Assembly: GCA_037139975.1 (NCBI GenBank)
Contig: JBAXFJ010000001.1
Location: 171,017-235,016, forward strand
Length of the DNA: 64,000 nucleotides
Direction: 5' to 3'
Source: a bacterium
GTDB lineage: Bacteria > Patescibacteriota > Minisyncoccia > Phycocordibacterales > SBAW01
Shown here: positions 58,033 through 64,000 of the stretch, one piece after another
Layout of the letters: each line of letters opens with the position of its first letter
How positions within the stretch are numbered: position 1 is the stretch's first letter
Program-made: the position numbers and the translations under genes
The notes under the pieces: model-generated
Databases searched by the model: none
The model's input: the letters and a program-made list of their open reading frames with translations, nothing else
Told to the model about the DNA's origin: nothing

Positions 58033-59124
58033 TTAAAACCCATTGGTGAGTGGCGAGCCGAGACCGGTTACATAGTCCCAGTGAGTCCTAGCGGTGCAAA
58101 AATAGCCGCAGGAGCCGTTGGTGCCCGAGGTGATGTCGCGAAAGTAGTGACTACTATTTGCACTTGCTTTGTCGGCATAGAGCTGTGCGCCCGTGATGCC
58201 GCTGCCCAAAGCTGCGATGGCTGCCCACTGGGGCGCGCCAGCCGAAGTGCCGCCCACGGTGTACCACTTGCCAAGTCGATAGATAGAAAAGCCCGACGCT
58301 GGGTCGGCGTCATACGAGACGTCGGGTATCGCGCGCATGTCACCTGCTTTTGGTATCGAGTAGTCTGCCTGGAAGTTTGGCTCTTTTTCATATACGCTCA
58401 CGCCACCACCGCTCCCGCTCCACGCGGTCTCTTTTGAAAACGAACCCGTTGAAGTAAACGTCAGCGATGTCCCGCCGACACCAATCACATTTGGCGAACT
58501 CGCAGGCCACGATGTCCCTGCGCCACCGTCGCCCGAAGAAGCAAAAAATACTGCCCCCGACTTTGACACGAAATGCGAATCAAGAGTCGTTTCTTCAAGG
58601 AACTCCGCGCCACCCCAACTCATGGATATTGCGACCGCATCTTTCACTGATGCGGCATAGTCGACTGCTTTGAGCAGGTTCGCTCCCGAAGGAGTGGTTG
58701 CCTCGACCAGTACAATTTTTGCGTTTGGTGCAATCGCATGTGCCCACTCAACATCGAGTGTTGTCTCCATTGCCCAGCTGCTATCGCTTGAAATTTTATT
58801 GCTCATGGGGTGTTTTTGAAAGCAACCGTTCGCGCTGGTGCAAGGAGTGAGATTAAATTGTTTATCAAACGCAGCCAAATCATTTTCTATCGACGCATCG
58901 TCGTATGCACCAACGATGGCGATGATGCCGCGCCCGCCAGACGCGGGGAGATTGTACACAGCTTTTATTACTACAGGCGAAAGTCCTTTAGGTATTTTGC
59001 TCGAGGAGCCATAAATATGGATGGGTGGCCTGCCGCGGTAGTCAGCAAAATGGTACGACGCAGACGCAGAAAAAGGGAGTGTTCCGAACAGTAAAAATAA
59101 TACAAAAAAATATTTTCTTCTCAT
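58033..59124 (-). CDS. Secreted S53 (sedolisin) peptidase
   Basis: ETTLDVEW, SGDGG, PDVS, GGTSAGAP, WDYVTGLGSP. Confidence 0.93.
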   Translation of the reverse strand: MRRKYFFVLFLLFGTLPFSASASYHFADYRGRPPIHIYGSSSKIPKGLSPVVIKAVYNLPASGGRGIIAIVGAYDDASIENDLAAFDKQFNLTPCTSANGCFQKHPMSNKISSDSSWAMETTLDVEWAHAIAPNAKIVLVEATTPSGANLLKAVDYAASVKDAVAISMSWGGAEFLEETTLDSHFVSKSGAVFFASSGDGGAGTSWPASSPNVIGVGGTSLTFTSTGSFSKETAWSGSGGGVSVYEKEPNFQADYSIPKAGDMRAIPDVSYDADPASGFSIYRLGKWYTVGGTSAGAPQWAAIAALGSGITGAQLYADKASANSSHYFRDITSGTNGSCGYFCTARTHWDYVTGLGSPLTNGF

Positions 59125-59206
59125 ACGCAATATACAAAATAGTTCTTGCACCAAGTATATCAGCCTTATTTATACAATCACCTTTCTTTCATATATACTA
59201 GTGAGC

Positions 59207-59917
59207 ATGAGTATTGCATTACAGCGGGGGAGCGGGGAGTTGGAAAGATTGAACACAGAGTTGAACGACGAGCAGGTGTTGGCGGACTACAGACGCTCGT
59301 TTGATAATTACCACGCCAGTTTGCTTCCGCGCGTGTTGGGCAACGCCCTTGTGTGGTGCGGCAACGCCGTCTATGGTGAGCGACCGTCGTATTTGAAGTT
59401 TCGCGCAGTCGAGGTCATCGCGCGCGTTCCGTACCAGTCGTGGAACTCGGCGGCATACACGCTGTTGACGCTCTTCTATCGTGACGAAAAAAAAGCGCTC
59501 AAACTTTCGGAGCTTTCACAGTATGCGCGCGTGGCAGAAGACAACGAGACGATGCATGTGGTGGTCATCTCCAGTTTGGCCGCGCATGAAGCAAAAGCAG
59601 GAACCATCCGGCACACCATTGTCCCCATGCTCTTTGCGTTTTTCTACTTCTGGGCGTCCTACCTGCTCTTTTTGATCAAGCCGAAATATTCATTCGAGCT
59701 GAACTACCTGTTTGAAAGCCATGCGTTTGAACAGTATGATCGGTTTTTAAAGTTGCAAGGGCCGGAATTGAAAAAGAAGCCTATTTCAAGCGAGTTTTTG
59801 AACTGGTATGGTCGGCACCCACGTTCGCAGTATGAATTCTTTCTGTCGGTGCGCAATGACGAAATAATCCACCGCAACACGTCTATTGAGGAGATAGAAA
59901 AGACCAAAAAAGTGTGA
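59207..59917 (+). CDS. Alternative oxidase (AOX/PTOX) family di-iron protein
   Basis: EVIARVPY, EDNETMH, FESHA, RNDEIIH di-iron motifs. Confidence 0.88.
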   Translation: MSIALQRGSGELERLNTELNDEQVLADYRRSFDNYHASLLPRVLGNALVWCGNAVYGERPSYLKFRAVEVIARVPYQSWNSAAYTLLTLFYRDEKKALKLSELSQYARVAEDNETMHVVVISSLAAHEAKAGTIRHTIVPMLFAFFYFWASYLLFLIKPKYSFELNYLFESHAFEQYDRFLKLQGPELKKKPISSEFLNWYGRHPRSQYEFFLSVRNDEIIHRNTSIEEIEKTKKV

Positions 59918-59928
59918 GCGAAATAAAT

Positions 59929-60948
59929 CTACTTTTTCAGCAGCAAAATTTTATACATCTGCAAGGTCGATAGGAAAAGCGAGAGGACCAGCGGTCCCAA
60001 GATGAAACCCATAGGTCCAAAGAAGAGAATGCCGCCCAAGAGAGAGCAGATGATGAAGATGGGCGGCACTTCGAGTCCTTTGCCAAAAAAGTAGGTGGTG
60101 AGGAGGTTGTCGACCAAGACCACCATCCCCAAGCCCAAGAGCCCGCACAAGAGTGCGGCGAGCATCTGTCCTTTGAGATATAAAAAGACGACGGCGGGGA
60201 TGATCACAAAGAGTGTCCCCAGACCTGGGACCGCGCCCACAATGCCACCCACAATACCCCAAAGCATTGCGTTGGGAATATTGAGGAAATAGAACGCAAG
60301 ACCAAAACACGCCCAGCGGATGAGCGCGACCAGGAGTGTGCCACGCATGACCGAGCCTATGGTCTGCTCCATACTTTGTAAAATTTTGTCTGTGTGTTCA
60401 CGTTGAAACGGGCTGAGCGAGACGAGCGTGGTATATATCTTAGCTCCGTCACGCAAGAAGAAAAAGAATGCGAGGAGCATGAGTGATGTTTCAAGCAGCA
60501 GGAAAAGTGTTTGCGATAGGAACGCGCCCAGATTTTGAGACATAAACGAAAGCGCCTTTGCAACATAGGCACTGATGCTGAAGGTAAAGGCGGGGTAGAG
60601 GTGACGAATAGGGGTTTCAATGGCAGTGCGCAACACCTGTGCATAGTTGCCTTCGTTTCCTTGCGAAGCCAGGTAGGCCAACTGTGCTTCTTTGAATATT
60701 TGCAGACCGAGGAAAAAGAGCGGCACTATAAAGAATGCCAACACGGCACAGACGAGCAGTGCCGCGGCAAATGTCTCGGACTTGCCCAGCAGGCGGGCGA
60801 GCACGGTGAATGGTCGTCGACAGAGAATTGCCAACACCGCGGCGAGCGCGAGCATCTGCACAAAGGGTAGGAACACGAGAAAGATAAGGAGCGATGCTGT
60901 TCCAAATAAAAGTACAAACGCACTGGTTTCAAGAGTTGTTTTGTCCAT
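59929..60948 (-). CDS. AI-2E/PerM family transporter
   Basis: FFFLRDG, VPGLGT, LVDNLL, FGPMGFILGP. Confidence 0.92.
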   Translation of the reverse strand: MDKTTLETSAFVLLFGTASLLIFLVFLPFVQMLALAAVLAILCRRPFTVLARLLGKSETFAAALLVCAVLAFFIVPLFFLGLQIFKEAQLAYLASQGNEGNYAQVLRTAIETPIRHLYPAFTFSISAYVAKALSFMSQNLGAFLSQTLFLLLETSLMLLAFFFFLRDGAKIYTTLVSLSPFQREHTDKILQSMEQTIGSVMRGTLLVALIRWACFGLAFYFLNIPNAMLWGIVGGIVGAVPGLGTLFVIIPAVVFLYLKGQMLAALLCGLLGLGMVVLVDNLLTTYFFGKGLEVPPIFIICSLLGGILFFGPMGFILGPLVLSLFLSTLQMYKILLLKK

Positions 60949-60992
60949 AAAACTCATAATAACAGAGTTTTTTCGCGAGGGGTTGGTTTTTG

Positions 60993-61079
60993 CGGAGAGA
61001 GCGAGATTCGAACTCGCGGGCCTAATTAAAAGCCGACAGTTTAGTAAACTGTTGATTTAAACCACTCATCCATCTCTCC
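60993..61079 (-). tRNA. tRNA-Ser(ACU), unusual A34 anticodon
   Basis: GGAGAGA/TCTCTCC acceptor stem, G73, long variable arm, anticodon arm acagt TTACTAA actgt. Confidence 0.88.
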
Positions 61080-61102
61080 AGATAGATCGGTACTGACCAA
61101 TA

Positions 61103-62785
61103 CTACAGCATCACTCGCATAAAAGTAAAAAAAGTAGTACGGTACATAGCGTACGCTAGGGCGGAGTGCACAGTAGAGAATAGTGTACGGAGACGTGTCA
61201 GAGTGGTCGAATGTGCCTCCTTGCTAAGGAGGTAGGGCGCAAGCCCTCGTGGGTTCGAATCCCACCGTCTCCGCCAAAAAACGAAATCGGATTTTAGAGC
61301 CGAAATGGGGTCGCGCCGAAGGCGCGACACTAATGCATTCCCCCCGCCGAATTCAGAATCCAAAAGGGTTTTCCACGCTCCGCGTGGCTCAAAAAGTACG
61401 GTTCGATCTAAAATTTTAAAGTTCGAACCGACTTTTTTGAATTCCCGAAGTATTTCTTCGGGAATTCCCTCGTTTGCCAATTCCGTATTGGTAATATTGG
61501 CTTTTAGAAATTTTTCTGTAAGTTCGAACCGATTATTCGCTTTTTGTTCAAAAGATGATAATTTTTCTTTGAAAAGCTGTTTTTGGTTTACCAACTGATT
61601 TTTCGTTTCTCGATATTCTTCAAGTGATAACGAATTATCGAGATAGAGTGTCATCAGCTTTTCAATCTTTTTTTCGGTTGAAAAAATTTCATCTTTTGTA
61701 TTTTGAACAAAAAGGGTAGACGATTGGACTTCCGATTGCCGATCTTTTGAATTTTCGGCAATCATCCATTTTGTCCAATCGTCTGGCAAAGAAACTTTTT
61801 TGATTTCATTTTGAATTTGAGAAGTGATGAGCTCCTCACGAATATACGGTTGAGCACAGGGATTTTTCCGTTTGGTACATCGCAAATAGTTATGACCTTT
61901 TTGTTGTTCGGTAGTAATAAAACATCCACATTCTCCGCAATGGAAAAATCCACGATAGATGTATGGCTTAAGTCCTTTGCTATGCGGTTTAGATTTTCTC
62001 ATCATCACTTCTTGAACGGAATCAAAAAGTTTCTTTGAAATAATCGGTTCGTGCTTTCCTTCGTGGATTTCACCACCATACCGAAGCAATCCGCAAAAAA
62101 TCGGATTTTTTAACATATTATGAATATTGGAAATAGAAAGTTCTTGCTCTTTCCTTGAACGCAGTCCAAGTTCATTAACCATGTCTCTAACTTGTCGGAG
62201 TGTGTACTTGCCACTTGCGTAGGCCTCAAACGCTCTCACGATATATGGCGAGCGTTCGGGGTCTGGAACGATAACTTTCTTATCACTATCGTTTAGATAG
62301 CCCACAGGAGCGTTTTGAGGCCAAATACCATCCTTCAATTTTTGACGATGACCACGCTTAATATTCTCCGACAAATTATCCACATAATACTTGGACTGCG
62401 AAAATGCTATTGAGAGCATGAACTTTCCTTGTGGTGTTGGATCAAACCAAAAAGTTGAAAATTTCAAATCCAAAATTATTTTGGTATCAACAAGGTAAAT
62501 AATTTTACCACCGTCTACGGAATTTCTCGCAAGTCTATCGGGGTGCCACGCTAAAATTCCATTTGCCTCACCAGCTTCCATGCGGAGAAGCATTTCATTA
62601 AAGACTGGCCGACCCGGAATCTTGGCGGTTTGTTTTTCCACGAAAATATCTACAACCTCAATTTGTTCTTTAACCGCCAACTCTTTGAGTTCGGCCAGTT
62701 GATCCGAAATGCTTCTCACTTGCCGATCTTTGTCATCGGTAGACTTGCGAGTATATATAAAAAACTTTTTGGTTTGATTATTCAT
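61103..62785 (-). CDS. Large serine recombinase (resolvase, recombinase, Zn-ribbon and coiled-coil domains), reading antisense through tRNA-Ser
   Basis: YTRKST, DRLARN, APVGY, HEPIIS, CGEC..YLRC. Confidence 0.95.
   Translation of the reverse strand: MNNQTKKFFIYTRKSTDDKDRQVRSISDQLAELKELAVKEQIEVVDIFVEKQTAKIPGRPVFNEMLLRMEAGEANGILAWHPDRLARNSVDGGKIIYLVDTKIILDLKFSTFWFDPTPQGKFMLSIAFSQSKYYVDNLSENIKRGHRQKLKDGIWPQNAPVGYLNDSDKKVIVPDPERSPYIVRAFEAYASGKYTLRQVRDMVNELGLRSRKEQELSISNIHNMLKNPIFCGLLRYGGEIHEGKHEPIISKKLFDSVQEVMMRKSKPHSKGLKPYIYRGFFHCGECGCFITTEQQKGHNYLRCTKRKNPCAQPYIREELITSQIQNEIKKVSLPDDWTKWMIAENSKDRQSEVQSSTLFVQNTKDEIFSTEKKIEKLMTLYLDNSLSLEEYRETKNQLVNQKQLFKEKLSSFEQKANNRFELTEKFLKANITNTELANEGIPEEILREFKKVGSNFKILDRTVLFEPRGAWKTLLDSEFGGGNALVSRLRRDPISALKSDFVFWRRRWDSNPRGLAPYLLSKEAHSTTLTRLRTLFSTVHSALAYAMYRTTFFTFMRVML
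61189..61276 (+). tRNA. tRNA-Ser(GCU)
   Basis: Cloverleaf with cctcc TTGCTAA ggagg, long variable arm, encoded CCA. Confidence 0.96.
61271..61390. repeat. 120-bp perfect inverted repeat, left copy
   Basis: Exact reverse complement of 62951-63070, checked block by block. Confidence 0.97.
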
Positions 62786-62806
62786 AGTATGTTTAAAAAC
62801 CTAAAA

Positions 62807-62911
62807 GGGCGACCATGTTGCACCAACTTTACCTTTCAGCAAAATTGAACACAGTCGCCCGTCTAGATGCTCAAGCAAATAAAAAGCTGAAAGTGTCTAA
62901 AGTTGGTGCAA
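62807..62911 (-). ncRNA. Pseudoknotted structured RNA in the recombinase 5' leader
   Basis: Stacked 14-, 8- and 7-bp stems; loop gggcgact pairs with downstream ggtcgccc; G.U pairs form only on the minus strand. Confidence 0.65.
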
Positions 62912-62915
62912 TCCA

Positions 62916-62945
62916 ATATTACCATTTTTTATTTTGTATTGGCAA
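62916..62945 (-). promoter_or_regulatory. Recombinase promoter
   Basis: TTGCCA-18-TAATAT with TGn extension. Confidence 0.6.
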
Positions 62946-62950
62946 ACGAG

Positions 62951-63070
62951 GAGCCACGCGGAGCGTGGAAAACCCTTTTGGATTCTGAATTCGGCGGGGG
63001 GAATGCATTAGTGTCGCGCCTTCGGCGCGACCCCATTTCGGCTCTAAAATCCGATTTCGTTTTTTGGCGG
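62951..63070. repeat. 120-bp perfect inverted repeat, right copy, followed by an alternative recombinase C-terminus (to 63118)
   Basis: EPRGAWK...FVFWR identical to the recombinase, then CLLYKIRTYFESNPD*. Confidence 0.97.
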
Positions 63071-63120
63071 TGTCTATTGTACAAAATTCGAACTTATTTT
63101 GAAAGCAATCCTGACTAATC

Positions 63121-63487
63121 GCACGCGCGGAGCGCGTGGTGCCTCTAAACTAAATCGTACGCTCCACGAAAGCCCCGCCACCGCCTCGCTTCACTCGGCA
63201 ACCCCAAAAAGAAAAATGTCTCTTGCTCTTTTGATTTTCGCGGGGGTGGATTTTTTCTAAAATGGAAAGGACATTTTTCTTTTTGGGGTTCTGCCCTCCA
63301 AGTATTCGGGCAGTGTGGCGGGGCTTCAATTCGGACTCGGTTTTGCAAAAACTATTTTCTGGGGAAAGGATTTTGCAAAACTTCGGCTAATGTTTTTGAA
63401 ATTCGGCGGGGTTCTGAATTCGGGTTCCCGCGCGGAGGAGGGGTCTGGGGAGGAATCCGCGCGGGCTTCTTCTGATTTTTTGGCGGA
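63121..63487. other. Highly self-complementary non-coding block
   Basis: Nested stems 63170-63181/63315-63326 and 63200-63220/63270-63290, plus further hairpins. Confidence 0.7.
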
Positions 63488-63492
63488 ATTAT

Positions 63493-64000
63493 TTAATAGT
63501 CGTAAAGATGTTCAATCTTTACTCCTTCAGATTCTAGCTGAACTATAATCATACTAAGAGATTTTGCGGGAGCTTGCACCGTAATCCTTTTATCTGAACT
63601 TGTCATCATATTCATCGTGAACAAAACTATTCCATTTTTTAAATCACTATTCCAACTTTGTGGTGCTACAGCGGTCAGTAAAATCTCATCATTACCCGCA
63701 AAATCAACAAATTGTATACTTTGTCGAGCAAGTACCGGCATAACATCAGTAAAACCTTGGTAATGTGGAACTGCCATAATATACGAACCATTACCCAAGT
63801 CTTTGATTTTGCGAACTCTTGGGTCTTGAAAAATACTATCGGGCACATTTTTTGCAGAAACATATATTTCTGTATCAGCTATACCGTAAACTGCGTGTGT
63901 TCCAATTCTGATAAGCAGAGCATAGCCCGTTTTTACTCCGTATTCTAAACTAAGAAAAACTTTCCGCTCAAGTTTTCGCAAAAAATGTGAACCGAAAAAA
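63493..64000 (-). CDS. Hypothetical protein, 3' part (starts beyond the window)
   Basis: Frame open from the window edge (FFGSHFLRKLERK...EHLYDY*). Confidence 0.75.
   Translation of the reverse strand, partial: FFGSHFLRKLERKVFLSLEYGVKTGYALLIRIGTHAVYGIADTEIYVSAKNVPDSIFQDPRVRKIKDLGNGSYIMAVPHYQGFTDVMPVLARQSIQFVDFAGNDEILLTAVAPQSWNSDLKNGIVLFTMNMMTSSDKRITVQAPAKSLSMIIVQLESEGVKIEHLYDY

Larger units (their letters stand above)
61271..64000. mobile_element. Left end of an integrative element at the tRNA-Ser(GCU) 3' end
   Basis: Recombinase abutting the tRNA; visibly more AT-rich coding sequence; right boundary not identified. Confidence 0.75.

Noticed and set aside
61271-63070. 120-bp pair as a DGR template/variable repeat
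   Set aside because: Copies are identical and inverted with no adenine-specific differences; no reverse transcriptase in the window
62903-63118. 71-aa ORF as an independent gene
   Set aside because: It is the duplicated recombinase 3' segment, with a TTG start inside the RNA stem and no RBS
1-64000. UGA recoding (code 25) or rRNA genes
   Set aside because: Conserved genes are full-length under code 11, TGA ends comEC, the antitoxin and AOX, and no rRNA-like sequence was seen

Overview
A 64 kb stretch of a bacterial chromosome, most likely Patescibacteria/CPR (Parcubacteria-like). This is inferred from rpmD missing between rpsE and rplO, many apparently leaderless genes, pilin and giant surface proteins, and tRNA-Ile(UAU). 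The standard code 11 fits. The core comprises tig, ppa, nusA, tpiA, pgk, recJ, rnhA, split comEC, the str/S10/spc ribosomal clusters (split by internal promoters and antisense insertions), two adk paralogs, map, ndk, infC-rpmI-rplT, tmRNA/smpB, ftsH, recG and a probable compact 6S RNA. Accessory content includes a Delta-9-type desaturase, alternative oxidase, SOD, a FIST/HK/RR set, a SET-domain protein, a PEP-CTERM beta-propeller, pyrC/pyrD with a possible degenerate PyrB-like ORF, RelBE and an S53 protease. The most striking structure is at the right end. A large serine recombinase at tRNA-Ser(GCU) is enclosed by a perfect 120-bp inverted repeat that would swap its C-terminus on inversion, has a pseudoknotted 5' RNA, and is flanked by a further heavily paired non-coding block. 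Other highlights are an intact tRNA-Ser with anticodon ACU, palindromes inserted in frame in five housekeeping genes, and a 65-bp element directly before the start codons of both rplB and rpmI. All calls come from reading motifs by eye; no searches were run.
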